Assembly (NCBI RefSeq): GCF_030028105.1
Contig: NC_092377.1
Location: forward strand, 40,812,450 to 40,876,449
Direction of reading: 5' to 3'
Length of the DNA: 64,000 bases
Origin: Mobula birostris
Taxonomy: Eukaryota
Position numbers and translations under genes: made by a program. Below the pieces are notes generated by a model that saw only the letters and a list, made by a program, of their open reading frames with translations, ran no database searches and was not told the origin of the DNA. Below, piece by piece: positions 25,075-36,200 of this stretch. The first letter of the stretch is position 1, and each line of letters opens with the position of its first letter.

Positions 25075-25470
25075 TATAGACCATAAGATCTTAAGATATA
25101 GGAGCAGAATTAGGCCATTTAGCCCATCGAGTCTGCTCTGCCATTTCATCATGGCTGATCCAATTTTCCTCTCAGCCCCAGCTTCTAGCCTTCTCCCCGT
25201 ATCCCTTCATGCCCTGACCAATCAAGAATCTATCAGCCTCTGCCTTAAATATACATAAAAATGGCCTCCATAGCTGCCTGTGGCAATGAATTCCACAGAT
25301 TCACCACTCCCTGGCTAAAGAAATTCCTCCACATCTCCATTCTAAAAGGACAACCCTCTTTTCTGAGGCTGTGTTCTCTGGTCTTAGACTCTCCCACCAT
25401 AGGAAACATCTTCCCCATATCCACTCTATCAAGACCTTTCATCATTCGATGGGTTTCAGTGAGGTTCATT
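25075..25470 (-). mobile_element. CR1 LINE 3' fragment
   Basis: MKGLDRVDMGKMFPMVGESKTREHSL...RNFFSQGVVNLWNSLP; tail ccataaga. Confidence 0.85.
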
Positions 25471-25547
25471 CTAGTTCACTAACTGCCTGACTTCTTGACA
25501 GCTTTAATACTAGCATACCAATAAAACATAACAAAGTCATGCTTTAA

Positions 25548-25795
25548 TTTATTTTATCTATTTTATTTTATTTACAGATATAGTACGTTAACAGGCCCTT
25601 CCAGCCCAAGAGCCTGCACTACCAAATTACACCCATATAACCAATTAACCGACTAAGCCATACATCTCTGGAATGTGGGAGGAAGTCAGAGCGCTCAGAG
25701 CAAACCCACGTGGTCACTGTGAGGATGTACATACTCCTTACAAATAGCAGCAAGATTGAATCTGGGTTGCTGGCACTGTGATAGTGTAATGAAAA
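25548..25795 (-). mobile_element. V-SINE-type element (degenerate)
   Basis: gaatgtgggaggaag...gagcaaacccacgtggtcac core and (ttta)n tail. Confidence 0.65.
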
Positions 25796-26189
25796 CCACC
25801 GTGTTTCCATCAATATTAAAATCTTTACTTCATTTTGGATTATTGTAGGTGTTTTTACTATGCAACTCCACTTGTAACCAGGCCACTGGTGAGGCTGGTA
25901 CACATTGATTCTTTGGTGCATTGACTGCCTGCAATTCCTTGCTGCCTTGGGTATGGCAAGTTAGGTTGCTGCTACAGTCTGCTCATCCGCTGATTTACAA
26001 CCTGTGCCTGTCAGTGGGTCGTCTACCCTTCCCCTTTCAGGTGCTGTCACACAGGAATGATTAGGACTTGCCTGGTCTGATTTTGCATCTTCAGCACAAG
26101 TGAGCTACCCATGGGCATCACGTCAACGGTGCTGAGGTGGAGATGATTGATAACCAAGTTCCTAGATGTTACCCTAGATGTTCCAACCA

Positions 26190-27010
26190 CAAAGAGGGCC
26201 AAGAAAGTACACCGGTGTCTCTACTTCCTCAGGAGGATAAGGAACATTTGCATGTCTCTAGTGATGGCTGAAGTTACTACCCTACAACCATCAGGCTCCT
26301 GAACCAGCGTGGATAACTTCACTCACCTCAACACTGAACTGCTCACTGAACACAGCCTAAAGACTCACTTTCAAGGACTCTACAACTCGTGTTCTCAGTA
26401 TGGAAAATTAATCTCACAGAGTTGTATATGGTGACATATACATACTGAGATAATAAATTTACTTTGAACTTTGACCCTCACCCGTTTTTATAAATAAACT
26501 GTAGAAATCAACTTATCCAGATGTTTCACAGCTTGGTAAGGACAACTACGCTGCCCAAGACCACAGGTAAAGCCACAGAGAGTTGTGGACACAGTTCAGC
26601 TCATCACCAAACACCAGCCTCCCCTCCATCGACACTGTCAGCACTTTGCGCTGCCTTGGAAAAGCAGCTAACATAGTCAGAGACTCTGCCACCCCAGACT
26701 TCCCGCTTCTTCCTTCCATTGCACAGAATCTATAAATGCCTGCTATAAGACTATTAAATGGTTCCCTAGTACAATAATGCCCTAGGCCTGAGTTGACATA
26801 GTAGTAGTAGTAGTACAATAAGACGGACCCTTGACCTCACAATCAACTTCATTATGGCTTTACACCTTACTGACTGCATGTACTGCCCTTTCCCTGTCAT
26901 GGTAATGCTTTCACCTCCAAACACTTTTTGTTTTTCCCTTGTACTACCTCAATGTACCGAAGTGATGAAACAATCTGCATGGATGACATGCAAAAAAAAA
27001 ATCCATTTAC
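26190..27010 (+). mobile_element. Rex1-type LINE 3' fragments (degenerate, rearranged)
   Basis: ctctacttcctcaggagg; taccctacaaccatcaggctcctgaaccag; tail aataaatttactttgaactttga. Confidence 0.6.
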
Positions 27011-28089
27011 CAATTACAATTGGAGTTGTCACGTTAGCTCTTGTACACAAGTAAAACCTGACTGCAAAGATCAATAAGACCTTCCACCTTCCACTAGGCA
27101 AATGCACAATCTACCAACAAGCTTGCAGGCAGATTTCCGGTCTGTAGTTGCAAACATCTTGCTCGTGAACAAGTACCATTTTTAATGTTATTTATGTCCT
27201 TTACTTCTTTTCTTCGGCCAACATTGCTGAAAGTCTAGTCTATTACTGCTAAGGAACTATGTTGTTTAATAGGCTGACCACTCTGTAAAAATGGTGAATA
27301 CATTTCACCAGTTTGAGGCCATTTCCAAGCACCTAGTATTTTTAAATTATGCTTTGGAAGATGGGTAGTATGATAATTTATTTATGTTTTTGCTGACTAT
27401 TAAGGAATTGAACTTGCCAAATAAACATGTGAAAGTTAGATCTGTTAAGTTTACGTTCAATTTTGTGTCAGACTGATTTGCTGAATTTGTGACCTTCAAC
27501 CTTTATCCATGAGGCAGAAACATGATCAGTCCTGCTTTCTTGATGTCACTCTGCCCCAAGTTCTGTTTACCAAGAGCTTTAATGTGAGAACAAGCTGCGC
27601 TACTTAGCCATACCAGTCCCGCGGGAGCATCTGAGAGTCAGGGCAGACAATGTCTGGCTAAGGTTTATCCAAACACCATCTCAATGGAGACTCATTCCAC
27701 TACCCTTGATGGATAGGGTTAATAGAGGTCACTTTAAGCAGTGTTACCTTGGTGGACTATTCCACTTTTATCATTCCTGTCCTCAAGATAAGCACGTTTC
27801 ACTATCAAAAACACTTATCCACCCTAGTTTTACTTCAAACTCCTTTTTGAAGACTAAAAAATTCATGAATGCTTTGCATTCATGTCAATTCTCCAAGGAC
27901 TTTTGAGAGTTAATATAAATTACTCATTCACCCCATCTTCTCCTACCCTTGCAAGGATAGCGTTCAACAGATTCTTGACACTGCCAGAATCTGACCAAAA
28001 ATGCACCACTCAACCCTGACTTGACAACCATGCAGAATATCCCGCTGCTCAACTGGTTAAAGGGATAATCACTTATAAAAAATCATAAC

Positions 28090-29163
28090 AACACACATCA
28101 AAGTTGCTGGTGAACGCAGCAGGCCAGGCAGCATCTCTAGGAAGAAGTACAGTCGACGTTTCAGGCCGAGATCCTTCGTCAGGACTAACTGAAGGAAGAG
28201 TTAGTAAGAGATTTGAAAGTGGGAGGGGGAGGGGGAGATCCAAAATGATAGGAGAAGACAGGAGGGGGAGGGATGGAGCCAAGAGCTGGACAGGTGATTG
28301 GCAAAGGGGATATGGGAGGATCATGGGACAGGAGGTCCGGGGAGAAAGACAAGTGGGGGGGAACCAGAGGATGGGTAAGGGGTATAGTCAGAGGGACAGA
28401 GGGAGAACGGATGGGGTACGAGGGGGAGGTGGGGCATTAGCGGAAGTTAGAGAAGTCAATGTTCATGCCATCAGATTGGAGGCTACCCAGACGGAATATA
28501 AGGTGTTGTTCCTCCAACCTGACTGTGGCTTCATCTTTACAGTAGAGGAGGCCGTGGATAGACATATCAGAATGGGAATGGGATGTGGAATTAAAATGTG
28601 TGGCCACTGGGAGATCCTGCTTTCTCTAGTGGACGGAGCATAGGTGTTCAGCAAAGCCGTCTCCCAGTCTGCGTCAGGTCTCGCCAATATATAGAAGGCC
28701 ACATCAGGAGCACCGGACGCAGTGTATCACCCCAGCCGACTCACAGGTGAAGTGTCGCCTCACCTGGAAGGACTGTCTGGGGCCCTGAATGGTGGTAAGG
28801 GAGGAAGTGTAAGGGCATGTGTAGCACTTGTTCCGCTTACAAGGATAAGTGCCAGGAGGGAGATCAGTGGGGAGGGATGGGGAGGACGAATGGACAAGGG
28901 AGTTGCGTAGGGAGCGATCCCTGCGGAAAGCAGAGGTGGGGGGAGGGAAAGAGTTGCATAGTGGTGGGATCCCATTGGAGGTGGCGGAAGTTACGGAGAA
29001 TAATATGTTGGACCCGGAGGCTGGTGGGGTGATAGGTGAGGACCAGGGGAACCCTATTCCTAGTGGGGTGGTGGGAAGATGGAGTGAGAGCAGATGTGTG
29101 TGAAATGGAGGAGATGCGTTTGAGAGCAGAGTTGATGGTGGAGGAAGGGAAGCCCCTTTCTTA
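28090..29163 (-). mobile_element. Penelope-like element fragment (GIY-YIG region + pLTR), 13-bp TSD
   Basis: Decayed GIY-YIG region at about 28460-28780; terminal repeat with hammerhead; TSD aaaaaatcataac at 28077-28089 and 29164-29176. Confidence 0.88.
28151..28186 (-). ncRNA. minimal type-I hammerhead ribozyme (PLE-associated), intact core
   Basis: Minus strand: agtc CTGACGA aggatctcggcct GAAAC GTC gact. Stem I agtc/gact, palindromic ACGT stem III, GUC cleavage triplet. Confidence 0.75.
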
Positions 29164-29739
29164 AAAAAATCATAACTTCTTTTTCACTTCCTTTGCAAGG
29201 GACATTAAGGAAGCAGTATACTGTCCCTTGCCTCTTGGGGAGATCGGCTAAATTGTTGTAACCTAAGAAATTACTTTCTGGTACAGAAAACTAGAAGGTA
29301 ATTGCTGAATGTTTTCATTGTTCAATTGTATTCCCAAGGTCATAATACATGATACAAGTCCCTCCATTCCTCTGGCCACTCTTTAATTCAAGATTTTTAA
29401 TCAGTGATACTCCAAGCTGGTATGTAGAAGTCCAGTGAGATAGCAAAGGAAAATAAATCTGACTGACCTCCAACTTGGGGTTCATATGTCACGTAAATAG
29501 ACGCACAACTGTAACACGAGTCAGATCATTGAATTCCAAATGTTGGAATAAAAAATAAAAATCACGGAAATATGCAGTGGGCCCAGACTCTCTTGTCCTA
29601 CAACGTTAAGGCTGATTCAGCAAGTGGAACTTGTTAACGTTCATTGTGGAAGTTAGGAACTGTGTGCATTTAATATTCTGATCAAACTCGTCATGTGTGG
29701 CTCTGTACAAATGCCGGAATCAACTGTGCTACAGGAATA

Positions 29740-30020
29740 GTGGCTGAGTGCTTTAATGGGACAAGTAATCCACATGCTTGGATTATTGCTCCAGGGATAT
29801 GAGTTCATTTCCCAGGTGGGCAATTTAAATTCTGTTAATTAAATATATTTAGATTTTTAAAAAGGTAGTACCACTCTTGGCATCCATGAAACTTCTGATT
29901 TGTTGTAAGGATTAGGACTTGTTAAAATTTAATCTTCTGTCCTTACATACTCTTGTCTGTACGCAACCCTGGATCAAAAGTTATGTGGTTGACTCTTAAT
30001 TGCCTCTGAAATGACCCCTA
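29740..30020 (+). mobile_element. old Deu/SacSINE1-like SINE (degenerate)
   Basis: ccatgaaact...ctgtccttac...atgtggttgactcttaattgcctctgaaatg resembles the chondrichthyan DeuSINE core (recognised from memory). Confidence 0.45.
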
Positions 30021-30294
30021 ACATGTCAGTTAATGGCATCAAGCAGCTGTAAAAAAGAAGAATTCAAACCGGGCAGTATCAAATTCAACAGCAAAAAGCA
30101 AAGTTACAACACACAGTCTGGCCAATATTGCACACTTTTTCTCCATAATATTGAGGACCTAGCCTAAACTCGGAGATTTGCCTCATAGATGAGTCAAGCA
30201 AAAGACCAAAAGTAGTCATGCTCACAGGATCATCCTTTTCAGATCAATGGTCCTGTCCTGTCCCATTATCAGAAACAAATCTAATGAAACCTAA

Positions 30295-30650
30295 TTGCCT
30301 TGATAGAGTGGAGGTGGAGAGGATGTTTCCTATGGTGGGAGAGTCTAAGTCCAGAGGACACAGCCTCAGAATAGAGGGGCGTCCTTTTAGAATGGAAATG
30401 AGGAGGAATTTCTTTAGCCAGAGAATGGTGAATCTGGAATTCTTTGCCACAGGCAGCTGTGGAGGTCAGATCTTTATGTGTGTGTTTAAGGCAGAGGTTG
30501 ACAGATTCTTGATTGGTCTGGGCATGAAGGGATACATGGAGAAGGCCAGACATTGGAGCTGAGAGAAAAATTGGATCAGCCATGATGAATTGGCGGAGCA
30601 GACTCGATTGGCCAAATGGCTTAACTCTGCTCCTATATCTTATGGTCTTA
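30295..30650 (+). mobile_element. CR1 LINE 3' fragment
   Basis: LDRVEVERMFPMVGESKSRGHSLRIEGRPFRMEMRRNFFSQR; tail cttatggtcttat. Confidence 0.85.
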
Positions 30651-30902
30651 TAGAAACGGGAGGCACAGTGGATTAGTTATGGGAAAGTGTTCACGGGTAT
30701 GAAAATTAACTTCATTTTCTATAAACAGTCAATATCTCAGGAACAAGGTATCTTGTTAAACGGGGAGAACATAACATCTAATATTTGCCAACTGACACTT
30801 TCATTTAGTTGATGAATTAATAGTTGGTTTGAAACTCTACTCAGAAGATATATAAATGGTAGCTTCAACTCTGCTTCCCACTCCCATTCAGATATGTCCA
30901 TA

Positions 30903-31027
30903 AACAACAGGAATTCTGCAGATGCTGGAAATTCCAGCAACACACATAAAAGTTGCTGGTGAACGCAGCAGGCCAAGCAGCATCTCTAGGAAGAGGTGCA
31001 GTCGACGTTTTAGGCCGAGACCCTTCG
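30903..31027 (-). mobile_element. nested PLE terminal fragment
   Basis: Flanked by the 15-bp direct repeat tcagatatgtccata (30888-30902, 31028-31042); its hammerhead GAAA is mutated to AAAA. Confidence 0.85.
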
Positions 31028-31426
31028 TCAGATATGTCCATACATGGCCTCTTCTACTGCCATGATGAGGCTAAACTCAGGTTGGAGGAGCAACACCTCA
31101 TATACCGTCTAGGAGTCTCCAGCCCCTTGGTATGAACATAGAATTCTTCAACTTCCGGTAATTCCCTCCCCCTCCCTTCCCCTATCCCTATGTCATTCCG
31201 CCCCCTCCCCCAGCTGCCTACCACCTCCCTCATGGTCCCACCTCCTTCTGCTACCCATTGTGTTTTCCCCTATTCTTTCTTGACCTTTCCTGCCTATCAC
31301 CTCCCTGCCTCCCTTCCCCTACCCCTTTATCTTTCCCCTTACTGGTTTTTCACCTGGAACCTACAAGCCTTCTCCTTCCCACCCTCCCCCCACCTTCTTT
31401 ATAGGGCCTCTGTCCCTTCCCTCTAC

Positions 31427-31462
31427 AGTCCTGACGAAGGGTTCCGGCCCGAAACGTCAACT
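31427..31462 (+). ncRNA. minimal type-I hammerhead ribozyme (PLE-associated)
   Basis: agtc CTGACGA agggttccggccc GAAAC GTC aact; catalytic core intact, one stem I mismatch. Confidence 0.65.
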
Positions 31463-31585
31463 CATCATTTCCACAGATACTGCCTGACCTGCTGAGTTCC
31501 TCCAGCGTGTTGTGAGTGTTGTTATAAATGGTAGCTAATGCCACACTGGTTAATGGATTTCAAAGTCCCTCAACATGAGTGCCTT

Positions 31586-32460
31586 GCTAATGCTACCACT
31601 ACCTCAGCTTGCTAATACAATTACTACCTCAGCTTGCTAATACAACCACTACCTCAGTTTGTTAATACCACTACTACTTCAGCTTGCTAATACAATTACT
31701 ACCTCAGCTTGCTAATACAATTACTACCTCAGCTTGCTAATACCACCACTACCTCAGCTTGCTAATACAATTACTACCTCAGCTTGCTAATACCACCACT
31801 ACCTCAGCTTGCTAATACAATTACTACCTCAGCTTGCTAATACAATTACTACCTCAGCTTGCTAATACCACTACTACCTCAGCTTGCTAATACCACCACT
31901 ACCTCAGCTTGCTAATACAATTACTACCTCAGCTTGCTAATACCACCACTACTTCAGCTTGCTAATACCACCACTACCTCAGCTTGCTAATACAATTACT
32001 ACCTCAGCTTGCTAATACAATTACTACCTCAGCTTGCTAATACCACCACTACCTCAGCTTGCTAATACAATTACTACCTCAACTTGTTAATACCACCACT
32101 ACCTCAGCTTGCTAATACAATTACTACCTCAACTCGTTAATACAATTACTACCTCAGCTTGCTAATACCACCACTACCTCAGCTGGCTAATACCACCGCT
32201 ACCTCAGCTTGATAATACAATTACTACCTCAGCTGGCTAATACCACCACTACCTCAGCTTGCTAATACAATTACTACCTCAGCTGGCTAATACAATCACT
32301 ACCTCAGCTTGCTAATACAATTACTACCTCAGCTGGCTAATACCACCACTATCTCAGTTTGCTAATACAATTACTACCTCAGCTGGCTAATACCACCAGT
32401 ACCTCAGCTTGCTAATACAATTACTACCTCAGCTGGCTAATACCACCACTACCTCAGTTT
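31586..32460. repeat. 25-bp minisatellite, 35 copies, unit complementary to let-7/miR-98
   Basis: Units gctaatacaattactacctcagctt (A type, 17 copies) and gctaataccaccactacctcagctt (B type); exact 25-bp phase with no indels. Confidence 0.98.
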
Positions 32461-32599
32461 GGGAATAACACTACTAGCTATGCTGAAGAACATCATAGCA
32501 TTGGTAGCAGAGACTACATTAGGTGACCTTGCTATGATTACATTGAAGACATACTGTATGCCCTTTTGTGTCATTGTCGCCATGGTAAATGGGACAGAT

Positions 32600-34720
32600 T
32601 CAGGATGAAACTCAACTTTCATGGACCATCAACAGAATTCTAAAAGTACTTCTCAATGATCCCAGTAGAAGACCCTGTCACAAGCAGCACAATCTATACA
32701 TAAAAACGAGGGGTCATCCTGGAGAAGTTACATCTTCTAGTAATCATCAACATTGTGACTAGCAACACAGCAACCATTAATCTGCTCCCCGAGGCTCAAT
32801 TTGGATTCTGACAAGACCACTCAAGTCCTAGCCCCACTGCAGCCTTAGACTAAAGTGGTTAATTCCAGAGACGAGATGAGAGTACCTATTCTTGACACCA
32901 AGACAGCATTTGATCAAGAGTGGCATCAAAGGTCCTCGGTGAAGTTAATGTAAGTGGCAACCTGAAGGAACTCTGCACTGTACAATAGGAAGTGGCTAGT
33001 TGTTATAAGCCACACATCTCAGGCTAGGACATTGCTGCCAGCATACCTGGGGCAGTGCCAAGGCCCAACCATTTCCTAGGGTGTACCTAGGGCGGTGCCA
33101 AGACCCAACCATTTCACAAGATGTTAATCAGTAATTTTCCCTCTATTGTGAAGTCAGGATAGATGTTAATAAATGGTTGTTTAGTACTCAGTCCAGGCAA
33201 CATCAACAGGAATCAGAATCATGTTTAATATCACCGGAATATGTCGTGAAATGTTGCTGTCTTTACAGCAGCAGGGCATAATAATAGAAAAAAAACATGA
33301 ATTACATTACATATATATATAATAGTTAAATTAAACAAGTAGTGCAAAAATAATAGCAAAAGAAGTAGTTTGGTAGTGTTCATAGATTCAAAGTACATTC
33401 AGAAATCAGATGGCAGAGAGAAAAAATCATTGTTCCTGAATCATTGAGTGTGTACATTCCGGCTCCTGTACCTCCTTCCTGATGGTAGCAATGAGAACAA
33501 GGCATGTCCAGGGTGATGGGAGTCCTTAATGATAGATGCTGCCTTTTTGAGGGATTGCTCCTTGAAGGTGTCCTCAGTACTATGGAGTGTCTTTGGTGAC
33601 ACACCAAATCTCCTCAAATTCTTATTGAAATACAAATGTATATCCACTGTCATGTCTTTTCTGTAATTGCATCAATATGTTGGGCCAGGATAGATCCTCA
33701 GAGATATTGACACCCAGAAACTTGAAATTGCTCGCCCTCTCCATTTCTGATCCCTCTATGAGGATTGGTCTGTGCTTTCGGAAGTCCGCTATCAGTTCTT
33801 TGGTCTTACAGATGTTAAGTACAAGGTTACTGCTGCAACGTCACTCAACTAGCTGGTATATTTTTCTCCTGTACGCCCTCTTGTCACCATTTGAATTTCT
33901 GCCAACAATAGTTGTGTCATCAGCAAATTTATAGACGGCATTTGAGCTGTGCCTAGCCACACAGTCATGGATGTAGAGAGAATGGAGTGTGTAACATTAT
34001 GCCACCCAAATGCCAAGCAAGAATCATTTCTAGCAAGGGAAACAAATCATTCTATCTTTTACTCACTGTATCAGACTCCTGGAATTCCCTATCAAGCTGT
34101 TCTTGCAGTTCAACAGAATAAACCATCACCAGCTCCTTTATCAACAACACTGAGAATCACAACTAAATTAAATTTCATCAGGACCAGCCACATGAATATT
34201 ATTGGTACAAAAGCAAGTCAGAGCTTAGGTAGTCTTCACCATCTGCAGAGCGCATGTCAGAAGTTTTATTGCATATTTTCCAGTTATCTCAATGAATGCA
34301 ACTCCAACAATATTCAAGAAGCTCGAGGAACAGCCAAGACAGAGCAGTCTACTGACCTAGCGTCTCACCAATGGTCATAAGCATTTTTTCTCTTCACTAC
34401 CGGCAAACACAGTCTGCAGGGTACAACAGCACATCACCGAGGCATCTGTGGAATCTACCAAACCCCTGACCTCAGCCACATATAATGACAAGAACAGCAA
34501 GCGCATCTAAAATCAACTTTCATTTTCCTCTCCATTTTAAATTAGAAATACACACCACCAGTCATTCATTGTTGCGGCATCTGAATCCAGGAATTCCTAA
34601 CTATGGTGTAAAACTAATTGTGTACTCGACCACATGGACTTCAGTGGCTGAAGCTGTGGTTCACCACCATTTTCTAGGGGATGGTTAGGAATAGTCAATA
34701 AATGCTTATCTTACCAGTAC
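32600..34720 (+). mobile_element. ancient CR1/L2-like LINE remnant interrupted by a Rex1 fragment
   Basis: cttgacaccaagacagcatttgatcaagagtggcatcaaagg translates close to an RT DIKAAFDRVWHQG-like motif; heavily decayed. Confidence 0.45.
33205..33985 (-). mobile_element. Rex1-type LINE 3' fragment
   Basis: KKAASIIKDSHHPGHALFSLLPSGRRYRS; [11 protein letters not shown]; (ctgatt)n tail. Confidence 0.85.
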
Positions 34721-35829
34721 TTATTTATGACACTGTGCCATGAATAAAAAGAGAAAAACATCTTTCCTGCTCCACTTCTCAATTTTAGATTTCAAGTACC
34801 TGTACTTAAAGATTTTATTTGTACTTCAAATTAAAGGATGATTTTTTTCTATTACTATATTGCTTGGAAAGGATATTAAAACTAACAGCAAAAATGTTTA
34901 GAGATCTACAGTATATTTAGGGAAAGAGTAGAAGAAACAAAATCGGTTCAGATACAAGTGAATCTGAAATAAGAAGGTGACAACTCTATTAAAAGAATGC
35001 ATTGTACTTATTTTCATCATTGAGGAAAACTTAAAGACACATTGTCAAAAATTGGTGCCACACACACTACTGCTCACATTCCATTAGATACTGACAAACC
35101 TCTGGTCCTGGTTGGTCTACAAAGGGCAGTGTGGTGAGGTCTCAGGCGTTCTGTAAGGAGGACATGGCACCAGATCACCCTGACAACTTAGGCCAACAAA
35201 AGATCTTTGTGCTCCGGAGATTGGAGATGTTTAGAAACAGCTGATAAATAAGTACAAACGAGGTAAGTAATGTCAAAGGTTTCTATTATTTAAAAAGAAC
35301 AAGAAAACAAATGAATTAAAAATGCAATTAAAGGATATGAATTAATTTTTAAATTGACATTGTTTAAAATACATTTAAATAAACATTTTTATTCACCTTT
35401 TCAATCAGGGTCTGAAGCCCAACTCGATATTCCACTATGTAGATTGGGTATCACTGATTGAGGGGCCAACTATCAAACATAACTAGTTCCTTGACTTAGG
35501 ACATTACAGAGTACCCCTGAACTCAATGATACGTCCAGGAAAAGAGCAGGAGGTTGGTGTTATTCTGGCTGCATTCTATTCTTCAGTGGGAGCTAGATGA
35601 CAGTCCTCTACAAACTTAGTTAGCAGTTACCTTCAGATTGACCCTCTCTCATGTAAGATTAGAAATTATAAATGAAAACAATATAATAACTTAAAAAATA
35701 GATTTCCAGAACTTAATTATTACCACTGTGATATTAAAACACCGGTGAAACAACATGAAAGCAAGGAGCTACAGACTTACCTGCTTAACATTAGTTGATT
35801 CTTGGAGCCCATCTCCAAACACAGTGATA

Positions 35830-36200
35830 GATTAGAAAAGTATCAATTAATAAATCTGGGCATGGATTTATGCTAATATGTAATGTCTTAATGAGGCCAC
35901 ACAGGAGTATTGTTTACAATATAGGTCTTCTTACAGGATGGATATTCATGCCATAGGGGGAGATGATCTCAACGATTCCTGGGATGATCGGACTGAAGTC
36001 TAAGGAGGGATTGAATAGCCCTGCATGTATTTTCTACAGTTTGGAAGAATGAGACGAGAATATATTTCACTGCTTTAAATGTTAGTGTTGTGGGGGAGTG
36101 GGGTTTGTAATGTTTCTTTGGCTGTGGAGTCCAGAACCAAGGCAGGACTGAAATGAGGAGAAATGTCTTCACTCCAAGGGTGGTGAATCTTTGTAGGCCT
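35830..36200 (+). mobile_element. degenerate CR1 fragment
   Basis: gaggccacacaggagtattgt...ggagtccagaaccaagg...gaaatgaggagaaatgtcttcactc. Confidence 0.55.

Larger units (their letters stand above)
30865..31522 (+). mobile_element. Penelope-like element 3' fragment with 14-bp TSD, containing a nested opposite-strand PLE piece
   Basis: SHSHSDMSIHGLFYCHDEAKLRLEEQHLIYRLG (GIY-YIG C-terminus); TSD tataaatggtagct at 30851-30864 and 31523-31536. Confidence 0.88.

Noticed and set aside
28104-28643. 179-aa Gly/Arg-rich ORF
   Set aside because: Antisense reading of the purine-rich Penelope terminal region.
31586-32460. CRISPR array
   Set aside because: Units are contiguous with only two main alternating variants; no unique spacers, no cas genes, and the context is eukaryotic.
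31500-32520. let-7 precursor gene or cluster on the minus strand
   Set aside because: No complementary 3p arm (CTATACAA...-like) in the units or flanks, so no pre-miRNA hairpin can form; only the target-site reading is supported.
35775-35830. Minus-strand micro-exon with CAG|gtaagt donor
   Set aside because: 32 nt, weak acceptor, adjacent to decayed CR1 sequence, and no partner exons identified.
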